DNA of 64,000 nt from the human T2T-CHM13v2.0 reference genome, Homo sapiens. Positions 40,747 through 58,125 of this stretch are shown piece after piece. Numbering within the stretch: position 1 is the stretch's first letter; each line of letters starts with the position of its first letter. Below the pieces are notes generated by a model that had not been told where the DNA came from, ran no database searches, and saw only the letters and a program-made list of their open reading frames with translations. Location: NCBI RefSeq assembly GCF_009914755.1, contig NC_060944.1, one strand, 5' to 3'. Position numbers and translations under genes: made by a program.

Positions 40747-41807
40747 ATGGGGAGAAACCAGAGCAGAAAAGCTGAAAATTCTAAAAAACGAGTGCCTCTT
40801 CTCCTCCAAAGGACCGCAGCTCCTCGACAGCAACAGAACAAAGCTGGATGGAAAATGACTTTGATGAGTTGACAGAAGTAGGCTTCAGAAGCTCAGTAAT
40901 AACAAACTTGTCCAAGCTAAAGGAGCATATTCTAACCCATTGCAAGGAAGCTAAAAACCTTGAAAAAAGGTTAGATGAATGGCTAACCAGAATAAACAGT
41001 GTAGAGAAGACTTTAAATGACCTGATGGAGCTGAAAACCATGGCACGAGAACTTCGTGACGCATGCAAAAGCTTCAATAGCCGATTTGATCAAGTGGAAG
41101 AAAGGGTAACAGTGATTGAAGATCAAATTAATGAAATAAAGTGAGAAGACAAGGTTAGAGAAAAAAGAGTAAAAAGAAATGAAAAAACCTTCCAAGAAAT
41201 ATGGGACTATGTGAAAAGATCAAATCTACGTTTGATTAGTGTACTTGAAACTGACAGGGAGAATGGAACCAAGTTGGAAAACACTCTTCAGGATATTATC
41301 CAGGAGAACTTCCCCAACCTAGCAAGGCAGGCCAACATTCAGATTCAGGAAATACAGAGAACACCACAAAGATACTCCTCAAGAAGAGGAACCCCAAGAC
41401 ACATACTTGTCAGATTCACCAAAGTTGAAATGAAGGAAAAAATGTTAAGGGTAGCCAGAGAGAAAGGTCGGGTTACCCACAAAGGGAAGCCCATCAGACT
41501 AACAGCAGATCTCTCAGCAGAAACCCTACAAGCCAGAGGAGAGTGGGGACCAATATTCAACATTCTTAAAGAAAAGAATTTTCAACCCAGAATTTCATAT
41601 CCAGCCAAACTAAGCTTCATAAGTGAAGGAGAAATAAAATCCTTTACAGACAAGCAAATGCTGAGAGATTTTGTCACCACCAGGCCTGCCTTACAAGAGC
41701 TCCTGAAGGAAGCACTAAACATGGAAAGGAACAACCAGTACCAGCCACTGCAAAAACACCCCAAATTGCAAAGACCATCAATGCTAGGAAGAAACTGCAT
41801 CAACTAA
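40747..41807 (+). pseudogene. L1 ORF1, disrupted
   Basis: ATG at 40747 (MGRNQSRK), early frameshift, in-frame TGA at 41142-41144; the normal stop is mutated to CAA so the frame reads through to 41807. Confidence 0.92.
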
Positions 41808-41834
41808 CGGGCAAAATAACCAGCTAACATCATA

Positions 41835-45648
<3,814 letters not shown>

Positions 45649-46809
45649 ACAATGAGAACACTTGGACACAGGGCGGGGAACATCACACACCAGGGCCTGT
45701 CAGGGGGTGTGGCAGACTGGGGGAGGGATAGCATTAGGAGAAATACCTCATGTAAATGACAAGTTGGTGGGTGCAGCAAATCAACATGGCACATGTATAC
45801 CTATGTAACAAACCTGCACGTTGTGCACGTGTACCCTAGAACTTAAAGTATAAAAAAAAGAAAATTTAAGAAAAACTAAAAACACTAAGGAAATGTCTTC
45901 TCTCTTAAATATTTCATTTGCAAACTTGTTCTCAAAATTATAATTTTAAACCAGCTAAAAACCTCCAATTAGGACTAATTAGTGCTTAGGGCAATAAAAC
46001 TCATCATTGTCAGCGGTAAGAATTCCCAAGTGTCCAATTACCCAAGACACAGTCATAGTGACTCAGGCAAGCATGATCCCCATGCCTTAGGGAGCCAATG
46101 ATTAAGACAGAGTGTCCACTTTGACCAGTAAATGGGTTCTTTTCAATTATCAAGTCATTTTCAAAGATCCTCACGCACTATGGCTTGTTATTACAAAGAC
46201 TGGATGATGCCACCACTCAAATCGCAGCTACTTTCAAACATAACTACCATTGTAAATGATTATGGGAGGCTGGTGAGGTGAAGCTCAAGTCCACAGAACC
46301 AAGAAAATCCTTAGTTCAAAACATCACCATTACCCTGAAGATGATTCCTGCTTGAGTGAAGGAGAATTTGAATAAAGCGTCCCTTCCATGAGTGTACGAT
46401 ATGTTTATTTCAAAACCCCTCTGGGATGAAATGATATTATGCCTGATGTTTTCTTCAGTATTACTTATGGCTTGTGGCAGGAGGGAAGAGAATGACTGAA
46501 GTATAGAGGCAATAAAATTGGTTATGGGTTAATCATTGTTAAAGCTCTGTGATGAGTACATGGGATTTTACTCTATTTTTGTATGTTTTTGATTTTTTTC
46601 TAATAACAAGAAGTAAATTTAACTAGCATACGGCATAAAAAGAGGTAATAACAAAACTAGGACTTCAGTTTGGTATCATGAAACTGTTTTGGTGTGCAAG
46701 CTTCCAAGGAGCTTGCAATGTCAAATGATTGGGCAACAGATGCCCAAGTTACTACAATGCAAAAATGTAGCCCAGACTAAAATAACACAAGGACAGCTAA
46801 TGCAAGTTG

Positions 46810-47000
46810 AACAGTTACTGTATTTAAGGCACTGTTCTGTGTTTTGCATGTATTCATTCAACTAATTCTCGTAGTAACCCTCTGAAATAGGTATTATGAT
46901 TTTCCCCTTTTGGAAACTGAGGCACAGAGAGGTTAAGTTACTTGTGCAAGGTTACAGGGCTAATAAGAAGTGGAGGCAGGATTTGATGCCAGTGGGTCAT
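46810..47000 (-). mobile_element. MIR
   Basis: ggaaactgaggcacagagaggttaagttacttgtgcaaggttaca. Confidence 0.85.
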
Positions 47001-50000
47001 TGGTCTAGGATTTTGTCTAAGGCAATAGGTAGAGTTGGGAGTAGGGAACGAATGTATCCCAGGGAAAGGATATAATCTGGACAAAGATAGGCTGGCGGGG
47101 AGGTGCAGGATATGTTCAGGAGGTGGTCTGGATAACTGCTGTGGGATTTGGAGGCTGGTGCAGGAGGCAGCATTCTAAGAAGGATCCGCAAGTGAGGTGG
47201 AGCATAAAAGGGTTGAAAAAGTTGCTAGGAGAAAGAAATAAATTCTGTGGTTGGGTCAGAAACTGGGCCAGGGGCATAGATGAGGCTCATTCTCTCATTA
47301 CACTCAAGATAATGCTGCTACTCTCAGAAGCCCCAATAGCCTGGAGCCTGGCACTTGTTGTTGGCTGGCATAGGACCCAGCATGAGCCTCCCACCAGCTG
47401 TGCAGACACCAAGGCATCCCACAGGTTCTTCAGGTGTTTTCTGGGCATAGGCACCAAATCCGATGCCCCATCTCTGTTCAGCAGAGTTGGGGCTCTTGAG
47501 AAAGGCTGGTGTCAGCATGCCCTGAAACTCCAGTATAGGGCTGACATGCTGAGCAGCGATAGGCTTGTTGCTATTAACTATTCCAGCCACACTGACTGCC
47601 ACAAAGGCTAGTTACAATGCAGGAGCAATTGCTTCACAGGAAAAGGCAGCGGCTGTCCAGCACGAGATTCTCACTGCTGTGAAAATAGAAAATAAAATGC
47701 ACTATAGGGGACACTCAAAGAAGTAAAATGTTCCCCTTGGTTGGGAGACTGAGTTCAATAGCAACACATCTCTCCTAGGTTTTCCTGACACTTTAAACCA
47801 TCATCTCATACCCTCTGCATTTACTCATTGTTTTCCTTTATTAAACTCCACGCCAAGGGTGCTTTAGGAAAACAAACTTCATACATATGCAGAACTGCTT
47901 TTAGGGAATGTGTATATTAGAATAGCTTGCCTTGTGCTCGATTTGCTTTTGTTGGATTATTCCTGTTTAAGCAGAGCAAGCGTATTTATTCTACTGTGAA
48001 CCATTTAATAATTACATGCAGTATCTGAGCTCCAGGGATGTACTTGAAATACAGTTAAGACATTTTCAAAAAGAGTATAATTTTCTCTTAGCTTGCAATG
48101 AGCAAAATACATTTGACCAAACAAAATAATAATAATAGTAACTCAAATTGTAAAAAGGTAGAAAATACACATTTAATCAGCATCAGTAATGTGCAAAACA
48201 GATATAACTGATTTGCTGAGAGCTATCAGGATTTAGCATCACATTTTTTCCCTTGCTGGCACTCAAAAAATATTGACTGACTGGTTGATAGATGAGTGGC
48301 ATACCTTTCAACCATGCCAAGATGTTGAGTGGCCTTGACATCTGTCCATTGTCAAGCTGCCTGCTGCTCTCAAGGTCTGCAGCCCACGTTTTGTCAATAA
48401 TCTTGCAGCCCTGCTCATTTTAGGTCAATGTTTGGTGATGCATTGCAGATCTGTATTCCATTACTGTGCTGTTGTCCATAAAAATCTCTCTTGCATAGCA
48501 TTTCTTTGACAGGTGTTCACTACTGAAATGTCATCCCTGCCATTGACGATATTTATGAAGCATTGGGGACGCAGCATACTCTATCTATTAAACCCTAAAC
48601 AGTGAGAGATTCTAGGTTAGATGCAATTCTTGGCTGCAGAAAGTTTACTATAAATTCAGGAAGAGAGAAGACATTTATTACTCAAGCAAACAAAATGGAG
48701 GGAAGGAAGATGGATAAATGGAGGCTGAAGAACATTTATCTCTTTGTGAGCCAATGTGATTGATAGCATTAGTTAAACCTTCAAATAAGAAAGGTTTTCT
48801 GGGATTAACTTTTATTTTCTTATTAAAAGTCATACTTCATTCTGAAGAACCCCAAGCAACAGGCCACAAAAAAGTGTGAGAAAAAAGGCCCTCTCTGGTT
48901 GGCTATTTTCACACTGATGTAAGCTGATACCTTACCCTGGTGATACTTAATGGTTTGGGAGTAGATGAACATCTTTCCCTTATGTCTTTATGAACTAATT
49001 CTGAAACACCTCCTGGATAATAAAATGCAAACTGTTTTCAAAGACATAGTCTTTTTCATGTGAGCTTTAAGACTACCTCATCAGTCGATATTAGCTCAAA
49101 GGTTACTGCTTGTAACCAACCCTTTCTACATCCAAACCAGAGCACAGTGAAATCCAACAGCATTTAATTTTTAAATTTCTAGTCCCCTACCTGGATTAGA
49201 AAAGTATTTATTATTTAAATTTTTCCTTCAGCTAAAAGGAGTAGATGTAATATAGATTTAGGGGTTATGGAGAAAATTATAAAGATGGTAAAAGAAAGAC
49301 CTATATTTGGGTATAATTAGTTCTACTTTGTAAGCTAATGTGTACATGCCATATAGAGATTTTATGGTACTCAGACGGCAATCAATAACTCTTTTCTTAA
49401 GAGAGAGAAATACAGCACATTATGTAGACAAATGTAATATTATGTTAATTGCTTGGTATGGAATGAGTGATCCCTGAATCAGTTCCCTTATCTATAAACA
49501 GGGACTAAAGCTCCCACCTTGAAGGCTTGTACTGCGGATTCAAGACAGGTATAGAGTGCTTGGTACAGAGCATGGCACATGGTAAGCACTCCCTAACCGA
49601 CAACCAATAGAGTTGTGAAATTCAGCAAAGAGATTTCTACAGGAGCTAAGTCAAAGATTATTCAACGACAAAGAAAAGTAGGAGAATTTATGCTACAGGA
49701 GTAAATGTAGCATTCACCCACCTTTCTCAGACATCTGCTCTCTCATTTAAGCTTTTGACAGAAACTGGATAACAGTCAGCTCAAGGTTAAACTCTCTGTC
49801 AAGATTCTAGTGCCTGTGTTTCTGCATTGCTGATTGAAAAAGGAGTTATAGCCAAAGATACCTTGTATGCATGAAACAAAGTTGATCTATTAGGAAATTT
49901 GAAATGTCTAGCATCTGGCCTCAGAAAGATGAGGAGTCTGCTCACTTCTCCAGAAAGCAATGGGTGCTTGCCAGCAGACTCAGGGACTTCCCCAGAGGCA

Positions 50001-50485
50001 GCTTTGCTCATTCTCACCTGTCACCTATTCTAACCTATTCTGCCTGAGCTATTCATTTCTCATCTATTCTATCAAGTAGGCTCTTGAAACCCCAAAGTCT
50101 TACCCTGTAGAGCTCATTGGACATTAGCCAGCAAACGTGGTCGATGCCAAACTAGCCAGGAAGTCTCTGCATTTCAGTTCTAATATGTCTAACACTGGAG
50201 CTTCTTTCTCCAAAGCCAAGGGTGAAAAGACTGCAGCTGGCCACCATGGGTCTTCTGTTGTCTAAGAATCTGTAGATGCAGAGAGACTGGAGACCAGAAG
50301 ACAAAGACAGCCTCATGTGCATGAACTTAGCCAAGTTGCACACTGGCTTGCTGACTAATCTGTCTTATCTCCTTATCTCTGTGAATGCAGATCCCTGAAA
50401 CACTGTTGTAGAAACTGGTTGTCAGAAACAGAACTAAGGAGTCAATTGAAACAATCATAGGACCAGTAGCCAGGAAAGGAAGAGA

Positions 50486-50488
<3 letters not shown>

Positions 50489-50523
<35 letters not shown>
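50489..50523 (+). repeat. Poly(A)35
   Basis: Counted directly. Confidence 0.97.
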
Positions 50524-50525
<2 letters not shown>

Positions 50526-51760
50526 CGAAAAAATATCTCCACATCAAAATTATCCTAAAATCCACTATTCCAAAATGCCTGAAAAAAATACACCTAAAAA
50601 AACTAAAAATCAGGATATTAATTTGTACTATATGAAATCGGTTCTATGAAGCAGTCTTGAAAAAGACTTTATCATAAGTTATTTTTAGTTTGTTCAGAGT
50701 GATAAATGCATGGGTGACACACATTTTAAAGAAAACTAAATGATGGTGGAAACATAGGCAAAAACAAAAGCATGGACATGAAAAGAACCAATTGCAGCTG
50801 AAAAATACAGCCTCTGGAATAAAATCTCAATAAATGGTATAAAATCTAGCCTGGATGCACTTGAGGAGTTAATTATCGAATTGAAGATAACAGCCTGTTT
50901 ATCAAAAACCTACAGCAAACATTATTCTTCATGGTGAAGCTTTGATAGCATTCTCTAAGTCTGACAAGATGTGGGTTCTCCCTATCATCCCTTTAATTCA
51001 ACACTATGCTACATTTCATAGCCGATCAAATAGTTATAAATCTAAGAAAAGGTGTGAGATCATTAAGAAGAAAATTATAAAATTTACAAAAGAATAAAGG
51101 AGTCCTAAATAAATAGAGTGGCATACTAAGCTCAGGGATAAGAAGATGGAACAATATAAAGATATCATATCAAATTAATATATTAATTCATTGCAATTTC
51201 AATTAAAGTTTCAATAGATTATTCAGTGGAACTAGACAAAATTGTTTTAAAATTGATATGGAAAAACAAGTGGCCAAAATAGAAGAAGACAAGTAAGGAG
51301 GAGGAAAAAAGGAGAAAAAAGAGGAAGAGAATGAAGATAAAGAAGAAGAAGATGAGGTTGAAGTTCAGCAACAACAGAACAACAGCAAGATGGGAAGCTT
51401 TGCCGACCGGATACCAAAACATTACACAACCATAATAATATGAGATTGTAGGGTTAGCATACAGAGAGACAAAAAGATCAAGAAACAGAATAGAGAGTGC
51501 AAAAACAGACACCACATAAAAGGAACCCTAATATATGATTAAGATAGCAATAAAAACAATAAGGAAATGATGGAGTGAAGGTATTCAATAAATGTGATAA
51601 CTATGCACATGGGGAGAAATAGGCACCCACACCACATACTGAGCATAAATAAATTCCAGGAGAATGAAAGACCTAAATGGATATAAATCTTTTAGGAAAA
51701 AATAAAGAAAAACATCTTTATGATCATGACATAGGGACTGATTTCTTCCCTTTTCTCCCC

Positions 51761-52242
51761 AATTGATTTAGAAGTTTATTTTGCCAAGGTTAAGGGTCAT
51801 GACCCATGACACAGCCTCAGGAGGTCCTGAGAACAGGTGCCCAAGGTGGTTGAGTCAGAGCTTGATTTTATATGTTTTAGGGAGACATAAGACATTAATC
51901 AATACATGTGAAGTAGACATTGGCTTGGTCTGGAAAGGCAGGACATCTTGAAGCAGGGGCTTCCAGGTTATAGGTAGATTCAAAGATTTTCTGATTGGCA
52001 ATTGGTTGAGTTATTACCTAAAGACCTGGAATCAATAGAAAGGTGTGTCTGGGTTAAGATAAGGGTTTGTGGAGACCAGGGTTCTTTTTATGTAGATGAA
52101 TCTCCTAAGTGGCCACTCTTAGAGGCAATAGATGACAGATGATTCCTGTTCAGACCTTTAAAAGGTGCTAGACTCTCAGCTAATCTCTCCAGGATTGGAA
52201 AAAGATCTGGAAAGGGCAGAGGATTCTCTACAGAATGTAAAT
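51761..52242 (-). mobile_element. MER4-family (ERV1) LTR fragment, truncated at both ends, flanked by ~16-bp direct repeats
   Basis: gtttattttgccaaggttaag...gacacagcctcaggaggtcctgagaac..gtgcccaaggtggt is the reverse complement of the MER4 R region. Confidence 0.85.
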
Positions 52243-53178
52243 TAGGGATGGATTTCTTAAGCCACTAAACCACATGGAAAAATAAATGATTAATAAAGCT
52301 GGCTACATTAAAATTAAACACTTTTGTACAAAAAAAAAGTCACAATAAATAAATTTGGAAGACAAGCCACAGACTAGAAGACGTGCAGCAAATTTTATGG
52401 AAAAAAAGGCTTAATATACAAAATTTGTAAAGAACAGCTACAAATCAATGAAAAATAAATAAATACCCTTGTAGAAGAAATGGGCCAAGGTTATTAACAG
52501 GAAATTCACAGAAAAGAAAATCTAAGCCAAATAGCCTATGAAAAGATTACCTTGCTAGTGATGAGGAAATGCAAAATGAAACAATAACATACCATTTCAC
52601 ACCAACTGGACTAGCAAAAATGGTAACATTCAACAATGATCAATGTTGAAAAGGATTGAGCAACAGGATTGCTCACACCTTGAAGGAGGTAGTACATAGC
52701 CATATAACCTGTTTTAAATCCTACAAGAAGACCTCAGAGAAACTATTCCTTATGGGTACATGGAAATAATAAACAAGAATGTTTCTTTTCAAATTATTTG
52801 TAATAGCAAGCAAATTGCAAACAAATTAAATACCTATCATTAGAAGTATAAATAAATAAATCACAGCATATTTATAAATGGACTACTACACAGCACTAAA
52901 AATGGATGAACTAGAATTCACAAGTTAACTTCAGAAAATGTAGCAAATGAAGCCAATTTTACATAGATCATACACTAGGAAATTTTATACAGTTTGAAAC
53001 ATGCAAAGAGTGACATGTATGCTTATGCATACCTGATTATAAGTTCATAAAAATGTTCTGAACAGCAAATTTAGTACAGTTGTTACCTCTGAGGAAGCAA
53101 AGAGGGGAAGGAATGGCATCAGAGAGGGCCTCAAATTGTATCTGTAAAGATTTATGTTGTTTCTTGGCGCGGAGGGGG

Positions 53179-53474
53179 TTGTTTTTTGTTTTTTGAGACA
53201 GAGTCTCACTCTGTCGCCCAGGCTGGAGTGCAGTGGCTCCGTCTCGGCTCACTGTGACCTCCGCCTCTCTGGTTCATGCGATTCTCCTGCCTCAGCCTCC
53301 TGAGTAGCTGAGATTACAGGCACGCGCCACCACGCCTGGCTAATTTTTGTATTTTTAGTAGAGACAGGGTTTCACCATGTTGGTCAGGCTGGTCTCAAAC
53401 TCCTGACCTCGTGATCTACCCACCTCAGCCTCCCAAAGTGCTGGGATTACAGGCGTGAGCCACAGCGCCCAGCC
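53179..53474 (-). mobile_element. AluS (Sg/Sc-like)
   Basis: Full dimer; ctcctgacctcgtgatc. Confidence 0.95.
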
Positions 53475-53814
<340 letters not shown>

Positions 53815-54269
53815 TGATAGACTTGGATGGTGGCTATATGAGAGTCATCATACTATTCACTGAAATTGTCTATATTTTTTTAAATATTTCATAATTTCAC
53901 ATATTTAAATAATAAGCCTGAGCCAAAATGGAAACCCCAAAGTGTCAGACAGGCCCATTCACCATTAAAAGACCCACTTCTACACACCAGCCTCAAAGTG
54001 CGCATTAAATAAACGAATGCCAAAAGTCCATCATGCACCCTGCACACACCTAGTGAGAGGGTAGGGGAATTCGACCACTAGACAAGGCAGCCATTTTTTT
54101 TCTGTTCATCAAAGACTGCTTTGTACTGATCCTTGTCACCCAACATCTCTTTTTGTGGGATCCTTCAAATTAGTTTATGTCACTTATTATTAGAATTTAT
54201 CCTTCCAAAACAGTTTATCGAGTAGGATCTAATAAAATTATAGGAATAATCAATAGGAATAAGATTAAA

Positions 54270-54695
54270 ATGTGCTAGTTCAGGTTATCCTAGTAGCTGT
54301 AACAAATAAATCTTGGCCCTGAAATATTAGTGGCTTAGCGGCTTAGCACCAAAAGAAGTGTATCACTCACCCACCAGTCCATCTCTGTGTTCCTGGTGGA
54401 GCAGCTCTCCTCTAAGCAGTGATTAGGGGATGCAGACTCCTTTCATCTTTGGCATAGGTTTCCAATGTTCCTGGGCTTTTTTGCATCAAACTACTTGAGG
54501 GGAAAGAGAGTGAATAATTGCCCAAGGGTAATTTTTATGGGACAGGTTAACAAATAGCATTTACCCATCTGCTCACATATTTGCCATAACTCAGTCACAT
54601 GGCCACATACAAGTGCAAGGGAGGATGGGAGCCTTACTGCAGCCTGGGGAGAAAAGAGAATGACTGGTGACCATTTAGCATTTTCTGCCACCAAC
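54270..54695 (-). mobile_element. MaLR LTR (MLT1J/K-like)
   Basis: agctgtaacaaata ... agtgattagggga ... actcagtcacatggccac. Confidence 0.7.
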
Positions 54696-54751
54696 AAAAA
54701 CCATGTTACAGAGTGAGAGACAATACTGTACCAGAATACCTAGTTGAATGG

Positions 54752-55116
54752 TGATATGGTTTGACTCTGTGTCTCCACTGAAATCTCATCTTGAATTGTA
54801 ATTGCCATAATCCCCATGTGTCAAGGGCAAGACCAGGTGGAGGTAACTGAATCATGGGGTCAGTTTCCCCCATGCGGTTCTCATGATAATGAGTGAGTCT
54901 TACAAGATCTGATGGTTTTATAAGCATCTGGCATTTCCCCTGCTGGCACTCATTTACTTCTTCCTGCCACCCTGTGAAGAGGTGCCTTCCACCATGATTT
55001 TAAGTTTCCTAAGGCCTCCCAAGCAATGCTGAACTGTAAGTCAATTAACCCTCTTTCCTTTATAAATTACCCAGTCTCTGGTATTTCTTCATAGCAGTGT
55101 GAAAACAGACTAATAT
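54752..55116 (+). mobile_element. THE1 (C/D-like) LTR
   Basis: tgatatggtttgactctgtgtctccactgaaatctcatcttgaattgta ... tataaattacccagtctc ... aaacagactaata. Confidence 0.92.
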
Positions 55117-55180
55117 GGGTATTAGCAAATGACTGAACTAAGAAACCAGCAAAAGCAGATTTAATTACTTAGTTACTTTT

Positions 55181-55647
55181 TGTTTTAGTCATGGTTCTCC
55201 AGAGAACAGAACCAGTAGGATGTGTATACATATAAAAAGAGGTTCATTATAAGGAATTGGCTCACCTAAGTCTGGAGACTGGCAAGTCCAAAATCTGCAG
55301 GGTGAGCCAGCAGGCTGGAGACCCTGAGAGCCAATGGTCCAGCTTGAGTCTGAAGGTAGCCTGCTATAGAACCAGGAAGATCCAACGTTACAGGTGAAGT
55401 CCAAAGACAGTCTTCCAGAGAATTCTCTCTTCTCAGAGAAGGCCAGATCTTTTGTCTATTTAAACCTTCAAGTGATTGGATGAGGCCCACGCACATTATG
55501 GAGGACAAGCTGCTCTAGTCAATGTCCACAAATTGAAATGTGAGTCTCATCCAAAATACCCTTGCAGCAACACCTAGAATAATGTCTGACTGAATGTCTG
55601 GATACCTCGTGGCCCAGCCATATTGACAAATGAAATTAACCGTTACA
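55181..55647 (-). mobile_element. MLT2 (ERVL) LTR
   Basis: tagtcatggttctccagagaacagaacc ... ggcccagccatattgacaaatgaaattaaccgttaca. Confidence 0.85.
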
Positions 55648-55689
55648 ATTTTAATCTGCATGTTTCTAATAGGATTACATGATAGTTAA

Positions 55690-55900
55690 AGATCATGGTT
55701 AAGAGCAGGGCTTTGGAAGCAGCAGACCTGAGTTTGAATTCTTGTCCTGCCTCCTATTTGAGAAGTGACTTCACATCTATCTAAGCTTCAGTTTTCTCAT
55801 CTTTAAAATGGGGATAATAATAGGCTGTTGTGAGGATTTAATAGGATAATACATGTAACTCTCTCAGCACAGGGCCCATCTCATAGTAGGTGCTGGTAAA
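55690..55900 (+). mobile_element. MIR
   Basis: ttcagttttctcatctttaaaatggggataataat. Confidence 0.85.
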
Positions 55901-56237
55901 AGAGGTTGTTTTATTCATATTGCTGGATATATCTAACACTATTCCCTAAGTGTAGTACATATATAAATACATGCTTTTGGCTGGAAAAACTAAGTGAGAT
56001 GATCAAATCACTCTGATGGAAAAGCCAGCAGTGTGGATGGAAAAGGTGTGCCTGTTCTTTCTCTCAGGAAATCCACAGGGTTGCGCACAGGGCCTCAGGT
56101 TTTCATTTGGACACCCCAGCAGCCCCTCAATACAGGCTATTCACAAAAGCCCCAATACAGTCACCCTGACAGTCCAGCTGTGAACCCTGGCTCCCCACAC
56201 GTGAGCCATGGTGTCCCTCTAGCCTTGTTCATTCATT

Positions 56238-56690
56238 GTGTCAGTAATCTACTGCCATGATAACGCTGCATAACAAATTATTCCAGAATTCAGTAGCTTG
56301 AAACAATAAGCATTGATTATTGCTCCCAAGTCTATAGTTTGGCTGGAAAGTTCTATTGATCTGGACCAGGCTAGGCTTGTCTTGGCTGAGCTCACCCTTG
56401 TCTCCCTGGTCAGCTGGCAGGTTGCTGGGGGCTGATTGGTTTAGGATGACCTCACTCACATGTTGATGGATTACTGTTGACTGGGGTGTCAGGCATTACA
56501 GGTTATGTGTCTTTCATCATCCAATAGGCTAGCCCGGGCTTGCTCACATGGAGCCTAGACAGGGTGGCAAGAGAAAGCAGAAAAGCCACATGGTCTCCTG
56601 AGGCCCAGGCTCATCACTTCTGCCACATTCTTTCAGTCAAAATAAATGACAAGAGAAGTCCAGATTCAAAAGCCCAGGGTTGTGAGAAGG
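56238..56690 (-). mobile_element. MaLR LTR (MLT1H-like)
   Basis: gctgcataacaaattattccag...cagtagcttgaaacaataag ... catcacttctgccacattc. Confidence 0.75.
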
Positions 56691-57090
56691 CTTGGTGTTA
56701 GGAACAATCGTAAGAAACCTCTATTTATGGCTGATTGCTAATTAGTGTTGCCTAATTTAGCAATGAAATGTTTCTTCCCATATGTTCCTCTGGAGAGCCC
56801 ATGGCATTCCTCTCCCCCGCTTAAGGGCCAAAATTAAGATACAGAAGACTTATTTAATATCTTTACTTTGTTCAAGCTGGTTCACATACACTTGTCCTCC
56901 AGCCTTTGGTGAACTGTTTTAGGACAGGGACAGGTTTAACACAAGGGCCGACCTCTGCAGTGACACTGGGTTTACATATCTGGGTACATGATAGGCGGGT
57001 TTCATTCTTGTTCCAAAGAGAATTTTGAGGCATGAAATATGTAGCCTTTATGGAGGCAGGATTTACTTTGACTCATACAGAGAAAGAAAA

Positions 57091-57109
57091 TGTGTGTGTG
57101 TGTGTGTGT
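57091..57109 (+). repeat. (TG)9 microsatellite
   Basis: Directly visible. Confidence 0.9.
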
Positions 57110-57400
57110 ATTTTCAATCCTTGCATGTGATATTTTTAAGGGCTGGTGCGATAGCTTTGCTTGCCCCAAGAGGATGTCCCAGACAGTGCACTAGTTGATG
57201 CTGCAGAAATGGAAAATTCCTAGGGATATGTAGCCAATGAACCCCTTCACCCACATTTCCTGATTGTTTGCCACAATTTGAACAGTGAGTGGAAAGACCT
57301 TGTGCATTCCGCAGGCCATACTCGCACTGTCCCAGCAGACCTGGGAATGTGCCCATTTGATTCAGTAGTTGTTCCACCCACCATTAAAATGGACTTTTCT

Positions 57401-57680
57401 AGCCACACTCAGCAGCTCACAGCTGTAATCCCAGCAATGTGGGAGGCTTAGATGGGAAGATCGCTTGAGCCCAGGAGTTTGAGACCAGCCTGGGCAACAT
57501 GGGAAACCCCCTTCTCTACAAAAAATACAAAAAATTAGCCAGGTGTGGTGCACACACCTGTGGTCCCAGCTACTGAAGAGGCTGAGGCAAGAGAATCACC
57601 TGAGCCCAGGAAGTCGAAGCTGCAGTAAGCCAAGATTGCACCACTGCATTCCAGCCTGGGTGACTGAGGAGACTCTGTCT

Positions 57681-57722
<42 letters not shown>

Positions 57723-57737
57723 ATAAATAAATATAAA
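57401..57737 (+). mobile_element. AluJ with A39 tail
   Basis: TSD taaa(a/g)tggacttttc at 57385-57399 and 57738-57752. Confidence 0.95.
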
Positions 57738-58125
57738 TAAAGTGGACTTTTCATGGTTGGATCTGGTAGTTCCAGATGATTTGTACCATTGGAATCTTTT
57801 GCATCTTGAATGCTGTTTGGGTCTGAAAACACAGCCTTCTCAGTGATTCAGCTTATACTTGTTTTATTTCTCTATTGCGGCTTTACAAACCACCCCAAAA
57901 TGGGGCGCTTTACAGAAAACTAAAAGACAGGTAGATAATGGTTTGCTCAGCAGTTTAAGTCTTCACAGAACTTTAACACAAGGGCTGACCTCTTCAGTGA
58001 CACAGGGTTTACTTGTATATGATACGCAGATTTCATTTTTGTTCCAAAGAGAATTTTGAGCCCATGAGAGATCTAGCCAAATTCGTTTCACTGCATATCT
58101 AATGTGTCTTTATATTTTTCCAAAG

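Larger units (their letters stand above)
56935..58078 (+). repeat. Dispersed direct duplication of ~110 bp (56935-57046 and 57972-58078)
   Basis: tttaacacaagggc(c/t)gacctct(g/t)cagtgacac(t/a)gggtttac ... ttcatt(c/t)ttgttccaaagagaattttgag in both copies. Confidence 0.93.

Noticed and set aside
47123-47611. 162-aa ORF
   Set aside because: Non-ATG start, no recognisable homology or splice context; consistent with chance.
56825-56860. U6 snRNA-like fragment (aaaattaagatacagaaga)
   Set aside because: The similarity is too short and gapped, and the U6 5' and 3' parts are absent.
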